Shown here: in pieces, positions 1 to 13,054 of the stretch
Position numbering within the stretch: position 1 is the stretch's first letter
Layout: every line of letters starts with the position of its first letter
NCBI GenBank assembly: GCA_964016885.1
Contig: OZ024743.1
Location: 171,306,001-171,370,000, forward strand
Source: Eledone cirrhosa
Taxonomy: Eukaryota
Direction: 5' to 3'
Length of the DNA stretch: 64,000 nt
The notes under the pieces: generated by a model
The model's database searches: none
Told to the model about the DNA's origin: nothing
Seen by the model: the letters and a program-made list of their open reading frames with translations, nothing else
Position numbers and translations under genes: made by a program

Positions 1-55
1 AATGTCACAAAGCAGTGTATCCGACGTTCTAACTACTGAACAAATTCGCCGCCTC
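1..55 (-). mobile_element. 5' head fragment of tRNA-derived SINE (cut by window edge)
   Basis: Reverse complement AGGCGGCGAATTTGTTCAGTAGTTAGAACGTCGGA resembles the heads of the SINE copies at 864 and ~63060. Confidence 0.4.
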
Positions 56-863
56 GTTTGGTTGTATACCAATAGTTTATTGGCGCGGATTTATCAACAT
101 GTTCAGAATAATAGGTAAAGTAAAAGCAATGAGGATTTTTAGTCAGAACAGTGAAGGTATATATTTATTGTTGTTCATTTAACCCTGTCGCCTCAGATTC
201 TTCTCGACCATATATATATTGAGCCGACAATAGAAATAATAACTAAATCTTCATCAAAATCGACGTCAATGTTTTAGATAAGTTATACAACATTAGATAA
301 TATATTCATAAATACCCGTAAAAATAAGGGAACGTCACGGATGGAATTCTTTTGATCATAGATTTGCTTAAGTTGACAAATTCGTAATATTACTGGCTCC
401 CAAGAAAACATTATTAAGAACAATTAATAAGTTTGACGACAAAATAATGTTAATCACTCAATTTTAAAGTGACACTACATTTTATATTAGACAATCACCA
501 TGGTATAGTAATAATTCAATTTCTTCAAAACATTCATTCCTTTTCAACTGTGATATCTTTCTTTTCGTATAGTTTATTTCCGTCTGATATTTCTTTAACT
601 ATTGATCTTTTATATGTTTTATTGATTGCGTAATAGCTGTTATTGTCACAAGACATAAATCATTATCCTACATAGAACTGACTTTTGATATATTAAAATG
701 TATACATAAAAAAGAACGATACCATACCGTTCAAAAGCGAAACAAACAGTTATATTTTTACATCTACGGAATCCAGATTGTAACGAACTACGACTATAAA
801 TATGTTAGCCAACTGACTGAATCCACCCATTTATGTTAAAGTGTTTATATTTATCTAATAACG

Positions 864-1044
864 GTAAATTAGCAGTATCGGTAGAGGGTCGGACGCCATG
901 CTTTCTAGCATAGTTACGTCCCTTTACATTCTGAGTTCAAATCCCGCCGAGGTTAACTTTGCCTTTCATCCTTACGGGGTCGATAAAATAAAGTACCAGT
1001 AATGCACTGGGTAATTGCTGGCCTTGTGCTTAAAGTAGAAACAA
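864..1044 (+). mobile_element. tRNA-derived SINE (Meta-domain-like body), with target-site duplication
   Basis: B-box-like GAGTTCAAATCC and body GGTTAACTTTGCCTTTCATCCTTACGGGGTCGATAAAAT. Flanked by a 19-bp direct repeat TTATATTTATCTAATAACG (845-863, 1045-1063). Related copies at ~53352, ~62895 and ~63715. Confidence 0.8.
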
Positions 1045-1267
1045 TTATATTTATCTAATAACGTTCCATTATAATTTTATGTAAGGGCCTCTGTTAAGTT
1101 ATATTTCAAAATGTTAACTTCATAATGAGAAATATAGATATTTACTAGATATAGCCAAATTATTTTCAAAATCATTTGAAAACCATAGGCAGTTTCACTC
1201 ATTAGAAATGTCGTTGCCAACTGGTTAAAATTGTACATGGGTTTATAAGGTGGTAAATCAGCTGAAT

Positions 1268-1304
<37 letters not shown>

Positions 1305-1385
1305 CATATATGTATATACATATTTATATATATATACATATATGTATATACATATTTATATATAATATATATATATATATATATA

Positions 1386-2212
1386 CGAGGTGGGTCAGAA
1401 AAGTTCCAGGACTGATGTCACAAAAGATTTATTTCAAACCCAAACTTCACACTAAGAGTTTTCTCCTTCAAATTAATCCCCCTGGAGTATGTAACTGTAA
1501 TCTTAGCTCTCTGCAGCGATCAAACTTTTTTATTCATAATTTTATATACATTTCCTCTGTTTCAGGTCGTCAAGCAATGAGCACACAGCAACGAACAAAC
1601 TTCACGTATTTTTGAGTGGTGCAAGAGGTTTAAAGAAGGTCGCGAGGACGTGGAAGATGACCCCATGAGCGAAAAACCCTCAACAACCAGGACTGAGGTC
1701 AACGTTGAACGCGTCAGGCAGATGGTGCGTAGCGATCGTCGGCTGACTGTTCGACTGATGGCAAATGAGCTGGGCATGATTCGGGACAGCGTCTGGAAGA
1801 TTCTCACTGAAAATTTGGACATGCGGAAAGTCTGCGCGAAGATGGTGCCAAAACTGCTGAACGATGACCAGAAGGGTCGACGCATGCAAGTGCGCCAGGA
1901 CATCCTCGAGCGTCTTGAAACCGAACCAGACTTGCTAAGGACAGTCATCACCGGTGATGAGTCATAGATCTTCGAATACGACCCGGAGGGAACCTGTTTT
2001 GAAGACGTGGACGACATCAAAAATGCCGTGACGACGGAACTGCGGAGGATCCCTGTAGAATCCTTCCAGGAGTTCATGCAAGCGTGGCAGAAAAAGATGG
2101 AAAAGTGCATTAGACTCCAGGGGGATTACTTTGAAGGAGAAAACTCTTAGTGTGAAGTTTGGGTTTGAAATAAATCTTTTGTGACATCAGTCCTGGAACT
2201 TTTCTGACACAC

Positions 2213-2216
<4 letters not shown>
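1386..2216 (+). mobile_element. Internally deleted non-autonomous mariner (Tc1/mariner) DNA transposon
   Basis: About 100-bp inverted repeats (CGAGGTGGGTCAGAAAAGTTCC...CCCCCTGGAGT) flanked by TA. Transposase remnants: HTH region, KMVPKLL (WVPxxL-like), VITGDES*, then a jump to C-terminal KCIRLQGDYFEG. The catalytic core is missing. Confidence 0.9.
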
Positions 2217-2248
<32 letters not shown>

Positions 2249-2333
2249 AAGATATATATATATGAATAAATATATACACCTACACACACACAAGCACACA
2301 CACGTATATATGAATATATATATATATATTTAC

Positions 2334-2925
2334 ATGATGGCTGCCAACTCGTTTTCGAGTACGGCCACTACTTTATATCCATGTAGGAGAAACCCTACCG
2401 ATGCGTTGAACGAATGACTTTTTAGTCCAGCCAGCGACTTGAAAACTCTGGTACAAACACTAAGCTTGTGACAATTATTGACACATAGTGCTGGGCCCAT
2501 GGTACCATGTAACGACAAGTGCAGAGAGATCTCCAGATATAAAGTAATGCCTGTGCCGTGAAGCTTTTATAGTGAGCAAAGGCACTGCACAAAGCCAGTC
2601 CCACTCTCTTAACCATGATGATATTTACCAAAAAGAAGAACAAGTCAACATCATTGGATACCATCAAGGTTGCAGGTGTTATATCAGAGTTTTCCTTCTC
2701 CTAGAATTCTGCCTTGACAAAGGCTAAGGGGTCATCTCTCCCGGTGATTTTGGATGGCCATTGACTCTTAAGAGCTCCTTTGCCCTTTGACAGGTTTTGT
2801 TTTTAGTCCTGCAAGATGTCCAAAGTCACCCTCCTCACCAAGAAACCTTGGTGGGGTTGCCAGTTTAGTCGCCAACGACCCAACCACGAGACAGGTTGTA
2901 CTGGGATACATGTTACCAGTAGCAC
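2334..2925 (-). mobile_element. ~600-bp non-autonomous retroelement, probably RTE-derived (copy 1)
   Basis: Near-identical to 2938-3395 and 52497-53100. Contains TCTAGGAGAAGGAAAACTCTGA (RTE 5'UTR-like) and a 3' ACTCG-AAAA-CGAGT stem-loop ending CCATCAT next to TA repeats. Confidence 0.7.
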
Positions 2926-2937
2926 ATACATATATAC

Positions 2938-3395
2938 ATGGTGGCTGCCAACTCGTTTTCGAGTACGGCCACTACTTTATATCCATGTAGGAGAACCCCT
3001 ACTGATGCGCTGAACGAGTGTGACTTTTTAGTCCAGCCAGCGACTTGAAAGCTCTGGTACAAACACTACACTTGTGACAATTATTGACACATAGTGCTGG
3101 GCCCATGGTACCATGTGACGACAAATGCAGAGAGATCTCCAGATATAAAGCAATGCCTGTGCCGTGAAGCTTTTATAGTGAGCAAAGGCACTGCACAAAG
3201 CCAGTCCCACTCTCTTAACCAAGATGATATTTACCAAAAAGAAGAACAAGTCAACATCATTGGATACCATCAGGGTTGCAGGTGTTATATCAGAGTTTTC
3301 CTTCTCCTAGAATTCTGCCTTGACAAAGGCTAAGGGGTCATCTCTCCCGGTGATTTTGGATGGCCATTGACTCTTAAGAGCTCCTTTGCCTTTTG
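2938..3395 (-). mobile_element. ~600-bp non-autonomous retroelement (copy 2, 5'-truncated, tandem with copy 1)
   Basis: Direct repeat of 2334-2790 with few substitutions. Confidence 0.75.
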
Positions 3396-3430
3396 ATATA
3401 TACATATATACATACATTCATATATATATA

Positions 3431-6400
3431 TAGTTCAAGGAAACAACAAAACAGGTACAGAAAGTCTTAGTTTCACGCTTTATATGGAAAAGAGGAAAGA
3501 AAGTTAGACGTGTCGGGCCTTTCTTCGGGAGTAGAAATATAGAGATTGTTTCACAAGGGATGGATACAGTAAAAAACGAAAATAATGAGAGTAGACAAGT
3601 CAAACCGTTAGGTAGTCTTGGTACCAATTTTTGAATGCAAAGTGAAATGCGAATGTATTAGGGTCGTTTATATGTGTGAGTCTGTGTACGTTTAACGTGT
3701 GTGTTTTTTTAAAGTTTTATTATGTAAAATATGAACGTTTGTGTGTGTTATGCGTATATCCGTGTGATGTGTGATTGTGGATTTTTATGTTTGAGTGAAT
3801 GAAAGTTTGAATGTGTGTACTGTATTTGAATGTGAGTACTGAAGTTTATTTTGTGTGTGTAAAGTATCTGGCAGTGTTAGCGTATGTCCACGAGATGGGT
3901 GGATTTGTATATGTGAGTGTATGATGAAATTTTAACGTGTGTATGTTTGTTGAAGTTTATAATGTGTAAAGTATACAACTGTGATTTGTATGTAAGAGTG
4001 TTTGAATAAATCAAGCTTTATTTAGTATACCTTCTAAATGATGTGGTGTGGTAAATAAACATATACATATACACCAGGTTCGAAAACAATGGAACCAATC
4101 TGCCACTGTCACTGCCTCCGTCTCTACCGCTCTCCCCATCTCCCACTATTGTGAGCAAATGGGGGCCCACACGCTGGCGCCAATGCGGCCCCGGCAGACA
4201 GAATAGAGAAGGCGTCTCCCCGGGGAGAGGCGGTGCTGGTCGAGCTGGCGTGCTAGCCTGTCCGAGGCTATCTTGCACTGGATGGCATGCCATATACTTT
4301 GGCGTGATTTGACGTCTAAAGTGGGAAGAGGAGGAGGGACGTCTACTGGGTGGAGTCCGAGCCGGTACCAAGTCTCGCAGGCGGCCTCGCGTTCCTCGAT
4401 CACAGTGGGTTTAGTTGTGTTGTGGAGAACCCGGTTGATGAGGACACGGCAAGAGGTTATCAGCGAAAGAAACGCCGACTAAGGTAGATGGCTCCACACA
4501 GAGTACAACGAAGCTCATAGACAAGGCTGGTGGCGGTGTAGCTGAAGGAATCCCTAACCCGGAAGGAGTGGTTATTGGGAAGAAAAAGGGTGGTGGTGTT
4601 GGAGATAAAGCTGCATGTATGGCAGTGGGGTCGGGATGGGATGCAGGGAATCGTTTGGGGAGTAGGTGGGTGTGGGGGTAGGGGGCGCACCGTGGACGAG
4701 GAGGTTCCGAAGATTATTAGCGCGCTTGAATGAAGGGAGGGGTGGGAGTGAAAAAATGGGTGAGGTGCAGGGATCTGATTGTAGGCGGGGGAAAGACGAA
4801 GGGTCGTTTACTTGATGGGCAAAGTTGAAGGGTGGTAGGTAAGTGGAAAGAACAGTCAGTTGGTAGGGGCGGTGGCATGGCGTAAGGGCAGTGGTGCGAT
4901 GGACACCACGGGCACGTGTGAGAGTGGCTTGGATAAGGGTAGGGGGTATCTACATCTAGTGAAAAGTCTGGCCATGTAATGAGACTGCACAGGCGGCGTA
5001 GACGGAGGAATTGGGAATAGGGGATATAGTCTTAGGTGTGGGTGGGGTGTGAGGAGGAAAAGTCGAGGTAGGTGTGGGAATCTGAGATGTCTATAAAGTT
5101 GACAGAAGAAGTGGAGAAAAAGGTGGTAAAATCGAGGTGGGGTGGAAGGAGCAGAGAAAGGACAAATAGGAGTCAACCTGGGCTCAGGTGAGAGACGTGA
5201 TGCCAAAACTGTCATCAATGTAACGACCGTACAGCTCAGGGTTTGGGCCAGAGTACTGAGAAAAGATTTGTACCTCAACGTAGCTGATAAATAAGTTGGC
5301 GTAGCTGGGGCCCATTCTTGTACACATGGCCACCCTCATCATCTGTTGGTAAATCTCACCTGAGAAGGAGAAACAGTTGGGGAAGAGGACCAACTCGGCT
5401 ACGCAAATAAGGGTGGAGGTGGAAGGTAGAGGGGAGGGGTGAAGTTTAAGGAACTGTTGTAGGAGACCTTCGGAATGGGAGATAACTGTATAGAGATTTG
5501 ATGTTGAGGGTGAAGAGAAGGGGTAGGGAGACAGGTGGGAAGATGAAGGAATCGAAGAGGTGGAGAGCGTAGTCGATGTCAGATATGTGAGAAGTTAGGG
5601 TGGCTACCAACGGGGAGAATACGGAATCGAGAAAAACTGAAACAAGTTCAGTGGAGCGGCCGAGGTTATTGGGCTTGTGTAATTTGGGGAGAAAGTAGAT
5701 AATAGAGATCCGTGGAGTGCGGAAGATAAGGTTGGTAGCCAAGGGTTTAGAAGAGAGGAAGCAATTAGCTGGCGTATAGCAGATTTGACCTGTTGCTGGC
5801 AAAGTAGCAGTAGAAGAGGAGGTTGCGGAGCTGCCGATAAGCCTCCGTTTTGTAGAGGTCCACACGCCACATGACTACAGCGCCACCCTTGTCGGCCGGC
5901 TTAATGATGATGTCATCACGGTCACAGAAGGAACGGAGGGCGGAGAGTTCGGCCCGGGTGATGTAGCATCGTATGTAATGTTTATGGATTTTGAAATGAT
6001 TCACAGAACGATGACAGTCATCAACGAACGTATCCATGGCACTGAATTGTCCAGGAGACGGCGTCCATTGTGATGGACCCAACCCTCAAGGTGTCTAGAG
6101 ATGTTCAGAGCCATACAAATGCGTAGGAACCGTTCTATATCCGTGCGGATCCGAAATACGTTGCCACAAGGCGAGAGTGGTATGAAACACAGACCTCTAC
6201 TGAGGAGTGAACGCTCGGAACCAGACAATGGAAGGTGGGAGGTGGGTAGAGTGACACGAGGAGTGGGTAATGGGAAAAGGATCCGGTGTGGGTGGGGGAA
6301 ACGGTTGAAGAATGGGGATGGAAAGTTGTGAAGGTGAAAGATGTGGAGATGGAAAAGAGTGCTTGAGTGAGTGAGCAGAAGGAAGGTGAGAATGTAGCTT

Positions 6401-6800
6401 ACGGACTTTAGTGGAGGCTAGGAAGTGGAAGAGTAGGTGGTTGAGATTATGTATGAAAAGAATGATGGAATGTGCGAGGAAAGGGTGACAGGTGGAACAG
6501 AGAAGGGGAAAGATTTGAGGGAGATGTCAGTCTATAATGTGGATCTGGATAGGGTAGATCGAAGGGTGGTGAGCATCAGAAGGTGGGAGGACAAGTGAGG
6601 ATGGGCTCAATTGCGAGGGACGAGTAGGTTCTGGGTTGGAAATGGAGACGGAAACCTCGTGGGATGAGATAGTGATGAAGGCAGCGGCTGAGGAAGATCA
6701 CATGGCTGGAGTGCCGTGTCTTAGAAAAGAGAAGGTATGGCAGACAGAGTGCAGGTTGGATGCAGAAGGGACGAAGGGGGTCAAGGTAGGGTTTTAAACA
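3431..6800 (-). mobile_element. Decayed Penelope-like retroelement (Neptune-like), RT plus GIY-YIG, many frameshifts
   Basis: Motifs in order on the minus strand: HSSHVIFLSRCLHHYLIPRGF (N-term), LSRGLCFIP, IKPADKGGAVV, FLPKLHKP, LNIKSLY, YQQ..VAMCTRMGPSYANLF, YGRYIDD, SLVYELRCTLCGAIY (GIY-YIG). Degenerate hammerhead CCGAAGA..GACACGTC near 3500-3530. Confidence 0.85.
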
Positions 6801-6809
6801 GTCGTACAA

Positions 6810-8233
6810 TATGTATGTATATAAATGTATATATATGGGATAAGAAGTTATCGTTTTAGGTATTCCAGTTAGAGTTTGTGAGTACTCTGTATTGTGGATA
6901 GTTTTAACGTACGGCGTTGTTTGACTCAACAAGAGGTTTCCATAGTAAGGTAGCGAGTTCGCGAGAATTCCCATGCAGGTTATTCTTGGAGTAATAGTAG
7001 TGAAAGAGTGAAGAATTCATGGTCGGCTGTACAAAAAAGGTTTTATTTATAGTATTAACAATTGTTTTCATTGATCAGGTAAATCTAAAGGCCGCTAATC
7101 ACTCGAAGTTGCGTCACTAATTAAAATGTGTCACTAATTAAAATGCGCCAATAAAATCTGGCAGCTTAAGGACACCAACCAGGAATATGGGATTAGCTGG
7201 TCGAAATTATCGGGAGCAAGGGCCTACAGTAATGGAATGTCCCACTGCGGACTTTGTAATATGGAGCTGTTCCATATTTTAAAGTATGATAAAATGCTGC
7301 TTAACAACAAAATAGATCGATCAATTTTCTGTAGACACAAAGCAGCTACCAAGTTCTCTAACTTCAAACCGGCATAATTCGATCCAGCAATCTTAGAATT
7401 CAAGCAGAACCACCCGGATTTTAATGTACTAGCTACACAACACCCCACTGTTATTAGCTGTCATCTGACCAACTGGTCATTAAATCAACATCATAAATTT
7501 CCCAACCTTTCTTTCACTCTCTCTCCTTATAGCCACATCACCACCATTAAGATAAAACATTAACCACCCATATATCAACACTGCCCCTTTAACTTCTTAT
7601 TCTGCATTTATCTATCTACTCCTTCCCCGTCCTTAGCCCTACCCCTTATGTCATCATCCCCACTCACTGTCTTCTGTACCTTATCCCTTCCCCTCTCACT
7701 TAATTTTTATTTATTATTTTTTACCTTTCACTGTTATTTGTTATTTTTCATTTCTAAATTTTTTTACTCTAATATTCTGAGATTTGACCATTACATATGT
7801 ATTTAATCTTTCTTTTCATGTTATTGTTATCTCTACCGTTATCACTACTTTACACATACACTTACTCACCACTGTAACTTCAACTACCACCACCGCCACC
7901 ATTACTATTATCAGCAATCGTATCCTGTACTTATTTTTTACATCTTTATCATCCTCATTCTAACTTCTTTATTATTATCTGTTATTATCTTTTATTATTG
8001 ACGTTATAGTTTTTATTCTCCGATGTATCTATAAATACCAATGTCATGTGTTAAACCCTCCAGTATTCCGATGATTTGATCAGAGACACACACTGTATTT
8101 AAGGTCGGGTCACGCAACTTCGAGTGATTAGCGGCCTTTAAACTTACCTGAACAATGAAACAATTGTTAATACTGTAAATAAAACCCTTTTTGTACAGCC
8201 GTACAAAAAGGGTTTTATTCTTCTTTCTTTCAC

Positions 8234-8240
<7 letters not shown>
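6810..8240. mobile_element. PLE back-to-back insertion: inverted pLTR (-) plus EN C-terminus, 3'UTR and pLTR (+)
   Basis: 6993-7116 is an inverted copy of 8113-8240. The + strand 7150-7377 translates KIWQLKDTNQEYGISW...CGLCNMELFHIL...LLN...CRHK (PLE GIY-YIG tail). Degenerate hammerhead CCGATGA...GAAAC at ~8068-8162. Confidence 0.8.
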
Positions 8241-8286
<46 letters not shown>

Positions 8287-8287
8287 A

Positions 8288-8323
<36 letters not shown>

Positions 8324-8348
8324 CTATGTGTATATATATATATATATC

Positions 8349-8379
<31 letters not shown>

Positions 8380-8661
8380 TGTAGGTGATTCAGTGAATTA
8401 CAAGTGGTGTAATTACAACACAAGCACTCTATGCACAGGCAGAGTGTATATATTTGAAAAACACGAGGAGGTTTCGTTTACATGTATAAGATTTTTATTG
8501 TGTATCAACCTGTTACACGCGTTTCGCAGAGGATTGGCTCAAGGTCACTCATAGGAATTATTGACCCAACTCCATTATCGATCTGCTCATCAGACTGGTG
8601 ATGGGACATAAAAATAGTGTTTATTGTGGTGCCACCACCAGTAATTCACTGAATCACCTAC

Positions 8662-8662
<1 letters not shown>
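8380..8662. mobile_element. Miniature PLE pLTR inverted pair carrying a hammerhead ribozyme
   Basis: Terminal inverted repeat GTAGGTGATTCAGTGAATTAC (8381-8401 / 8641-8661), flanked by (TA)n on both sides. Confidence 0.7.
8509..8598 (-). ncRNA. Type I hammerhead ribozyme motif
   Basis: CTGATGA-GCAG...CTGC-GAAA-CGCGTGTA; stem III contains the palindrome ACGCGT. Confidence 0.65.
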
Positions 8663-8744
<82 letters not shown>

Positions 8745-8748
<4 letters not shown>

Positions 8749-9006
8749 AAAATGGCGTAGGATAGAAGAAAGGAAAGGCACAGAAACGAAGAAAGAAATC
8801 CCCAGTCACTGAAGAGGTCACAGAGTGTGTGACGAAAGAACTATGACTATATATATATAAACAACTATCTGGTTGTGGAACCAACCAACCAACCAGAAAT
8901 TTATAAATTTGTAAATTTATAAATATATATTAAATTAAATTGAAGTGAAAGCAACTGGTGCGTGTGTTTCTTATTGGCAACATGACCCTCCCAAAGTATA
9001 ACAATA
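8745..9006 (+). mobile_element. Solo pLTR of the PLE family at 43381-49945, with hammerhead (8804-8848)
   Basis: Near-identical to 49660-49945 and ends at the same AAGTATAACAATAT junction into (TA)n. Confidence 0.85.
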
Positions 9007-9029
9007 TATATATATACATATACATATAT

Positions 9030-9530
9030 ATGAGATTCTACAGGACTAGAACTGCTTCATTCTTTAGAAATCATCAGGAATCTGGGTATCAAAAAATAAA
9101 TATGATATTTATAGGTCTCTTCATGTGGTAGGAGAGGGTAGGGAGTGGGATGGGTAGAGGTCATTGGTTGATAGCAAAGGGAATTCATTAAAAGCTAATT
9201 CTTTAAAGCTATAATTTATATTTAGAGTAACAAAGGCAGAAAGAATTCTATAAACAAGTTCAGATGTGGGTGCCACTCCTTATTTTTAAGTTTCTCTTAA
9301 GCTAACAATGCCTAGATTAGTGTCTATAAGATCGTTGGGGGTCGGTCATGGTTGATGGATTTAAAGAAAAGGGAAATTCTTTAAAAGCTAATTCTTTAAG
9401 GTTCTACTTAGTGACAAAGGCCTAGAGAATTCTATAGACCAGTTCAAAATAGTGAGTGCATATCATGCAATGTATTGAGTACCTTACTTACTGTGGTTAC
9501 CTCCGATTCAACCCGGAATAACGTATCTAC
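9030..9530 (-). mobile_element. PLE 3'UTR/pLTR fragment with degenerate hammerhead
   Basis: Minus strand GATTC-CTGATGA-TTTCTAAAGAAT-GAAG...GTA-GAATC (~9033-9082). Internal ~90-bp direct repeat (9175-9265 / 9368-9446). Confidence 0.5.
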
Positions 9531-9531
9531 A

Positions 9532-9800
<269 letters not shown>

Positions 9801-10033
9801 TCTACCTGGAGTTGCAACCGATAGATAGTATTAGCAATTGGAAAGACCAACGGAAACATTGTTTTCTCGGTCCGATTTGACAAAATCGATCGACTGTCGT
9901 TATATGTTCATTGTTTCGCTATGGGGGTTCATATGCCCGAAAATTAGATCTTTTCCGTAGTCAATATACGGTGAGAGCTCCTAATTCTTAATTTCCAAAT
10001 TTCCAATTGCAATCGCATTCTAATTCACACATG

Positions 10034-10072
<39 letters not shown>

Positions 10073-10293
10073 TGTTCACACACATATATATATATACACA
10101 TACACATATATATGCACATACATATATATACGCATACATATATATACACATACATATATATACACATACATATATCTATACATACATATATCTTTATATC
10201 TATATGCGTGTGTGTATACTCACATATCATACGGGCATATATGTACATGTATACACATACACGTACCATACACACGCTTATATATCTTTATAT

Positions 10294-11060
10294 ATCATCA
10301 TCATCTTCATCGTTTAATGTCCATCTTCCACGCTAGCATGGATTGGACGGTTTTGTTCCACTTGAAGCGAGATTGGTCGAGAGACCGTGTCTCGCTCGTA
10401 CAGAACTGTCCTCGGTAGGGTTTCTACGGCTGGATGCCCTTCCTTGCACCAACCACATTTACAGTGCAGACTAGGAGCCATTTTACCGTGTCTCCTACAC
10501 GACCACTTTACAGTGTGAACTGGGTGTTTTTTGTCGTGTCACCGACACGACCACTTTACAATGGACCGAAAAGGGAGGATGGAGTAGGGTGTGTAGTGTG
10601 GGATGTATATTGGGTTAAGAGGTGCCTACTGACTGCAGGTTTAAGTTCGTATGCAAGAGAAGGCGGGTCTTCTGTATAACTGCATGGTGCCAAAGATCTC
10701 AGTACAATGACATCGTGTAAGTGAGCAAGGTCAGTTTTTATCACCTCATCCCATGTTCTTCTTGGTCTACCCATTCCGTAGCTTCCATCAATTTTGATCA
10801 TTCTGCATTTTTTTATACAGCCATTGTCCTTCATACGCATCACACCAACGGAACCTCCTCTCCAGAACACAACATTTGATACCTCTTATGCTCAGTCTCT
10901 CTCTCAATTCGTTTATGTTTTGCTGTTCGCATACATTACTATTATACATCATCGATCATGCAAGCTTCATTTTCTAATCTACACAATGCCCAGGTCTCAC
11001 TACCATGCAATATTGCCGTTCGTATACAAACATCATACAATCTGCCTTTCACTTTTATAG
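10294..11060 (-). mobile_element. RTE-clade LINE 3' fragment (decayed)
   Basis: Minus-strand translation KVKGRLYDVCIRTAILHGSETWAL ... GRPRRTWDEVIKTDL, with an (ATG)n tail at ~10294-10310. Confidence 0.75.
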
Positions 11061-11682
11061 AAAACCCCCTTGTGGCCAACAGCAGTATTACTAAAACTCT
11101 GCAGTTTTAGATTTCGCTGGGAAGGAGGAAGGGATGGGATGGGGACACAGGGAGGGGTATGGGAGACGGAATTATGTTGGTCTTGGTCCTCCATGCCTGA
11201 AATAAAGAGGGGTGCTTTCATGCTCGTCCGGAGACGGGAAGTGAATTTATCTTTGTCATTGTCATTGTGAGTGCTCAGATTCTCCAACTCCGTAGTCCAT
11301 TTATCATACCGAACAACACCTAGGTCTAAGCTTAAGAAGTAGCGGCTTTACGATAGAGATTAGTATTAGAAACCTTACTATAAAACCGGTGAGTTTTGAT
11401 TGGACCAAATAACTATGGTGGTGAGTAGGGTGGGCAAGAGGGAAATGGGTAACTTCTAGAGACGAACGTACTAAACCGAGAGAGGCTGAAAAACAAACAC
11501 AACAGCAATAGGCAAACATAAAGTATTCTCTAACGAGAAGACTTAATTCTAGAATCAAATGACTAAATGGATGAAGAGGTAGGAGCGAATAGTGAAAGTT
11601 CTACATTACAGAATCCACCACAGTGCTGGAAAACGAGGTACAATCCACTTCGGTTATACGACGGTTATATGTACATGCATGC

Positions 11683-11799
<117 letters not shown>

Positions 11800-11826
11800 A
11801 ATATATATATGTACACACACACACAC

Positions 11827-11922
<96 letters not shown>

Positions 11923-11929
11923 TTAAAGG

Positions 11930-12298
11930 TATAGTACTAACAAAAACAAACGAATAGGCATCGAGTAGAGATTAGATGAGAAAAATTTAATTAGAGTTCG
12001 TTCTTTAACACATATTTAAGTACAAGACCAGTCTACGAACGCTGATTGCATATTATTATGCTCAATCGATAGCATTACATAAAATACTGCACTTCATCAG
12101 AAAGAGTTCATAGTTCGAGGTGAGGTCGTGGAACCTTGCAGTAAGCATTTTCTGACGGCTATCTACTCAGACCTAAAGGCAACTAGTGCAAGTAGACTAT
12201 TGTTGTACTGAAACATGTGTTAAAGAACGGACTCTAATTACATTTTTCTTTTCTATCCTCTACTACATGTGCAGTCGTTTGTGTTTTCTAGTACTATA
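11930..12298. mobile_element. Diverged PLE pLTR inverted pair
   Basis: 11931-12036 is an imperfect inverted repeat of 12192-12298. CTGATGA (-) at ~12094-12100, and CTGAC..GAAAC (+) at 12152-12214. Confidence 0.55.
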
Positions 12299-12483
12299 AC
12301 TTTAAATTTATAATTATTCCATGATCCTCCACTTGGATACTGCACATTGAACTCTCCTTTTGGACTATTACCGTACCTCCTGCAAAGACCATGTCGAGAA
12401 AAATACCTTGGTAAGCAATCTTACTTGATTATTTTGTTTGCACATTGAATCACACAAGCTTTAACCTTACATATCTTTGTAAA

Positions 12484-12612
12484 TGTCGAAACGGCTTGAA
12501 CTCTGCCGTCAGGGTCATACATTTTGCTATTACCCACTCTACTACCCTACGTATTTAGTACTGGTGCGTTATGGTCAATCTGGTTCCTTACCACAACTCC
12601 TTCGTTTTATAT
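12484..12612 (+). mobile_element. 3' terminus of PLE family 'A' (also at 35195, 52115, 61920)
   Basis: GTCGAAACGGCTTGAACTCTGCCGTC...CCACTCTACTACCCTA...CCTTCGTT running into TA; shared with three other loci. Confidence 0.7.
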
Positions 12613-12666
12613 ATATATACACACAAGTCAAAACTGATTGGGGCCGCGGTCGGGATTTTACACATA

Positions 12667-12732
<66 letters not shown>

Positions 12733-12733
12733 A

Positions 12734-12787
<54 letters not shown>

Positions 12788-12789
12788 TT

Positions 12790-12920
12790 TATCCTCTCAT
12801 TGCCATAACAGTCCGATGAACTTAAGATTCCAGAGTCGGGCCCGATCGAAACTTGAGCTAATCAATCGCGAAACGCACGTCACACCTCAATAAATGTAAC
12901 GAAGATTTAACAACCTCGTC
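12790..12920 (+). mobile_element. Short PLE pLTR remnant with degenerate hammerhead (similar to the 27406 motif)
   Basis: CCGATGA...GCGAAACGCACGTCAC. Confidence 0.45.
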
Positions 12921-12922
12921 CT

Positions 12923-12976
12923 TTTCTTCTTCTTCTTCTTCTTCTTCTTCTTCTTCTTCTTCTTCTTCTTCTTCTT

Positions 12977-13054
<78 letters not shown>
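12923..13054. repeat. Compound (TTC)n(TTA)n microsatellite; 3' flank/target of Dong element
   Basis: Seen directly in the sequence. Confidence 0.95.

Noticed and set aside
1077-1262. Minus-strand frame ...ADLPPYKPMY... as the next aminopeptidase exon
   Set aside because: Beyond LPP it does not follow the expected domain pattern (PDLR..VY..G....W), and the acceptor context is a microsatellite.
8380-8662. MITE (DNA transposon) interpretation of the short inverted-repeat elements
   Set aside because: Arm lengths are unequal or variable between copies and they contain PLE-type hammerheads; better explained as inverted pLTRs, though not excluded for this single element.
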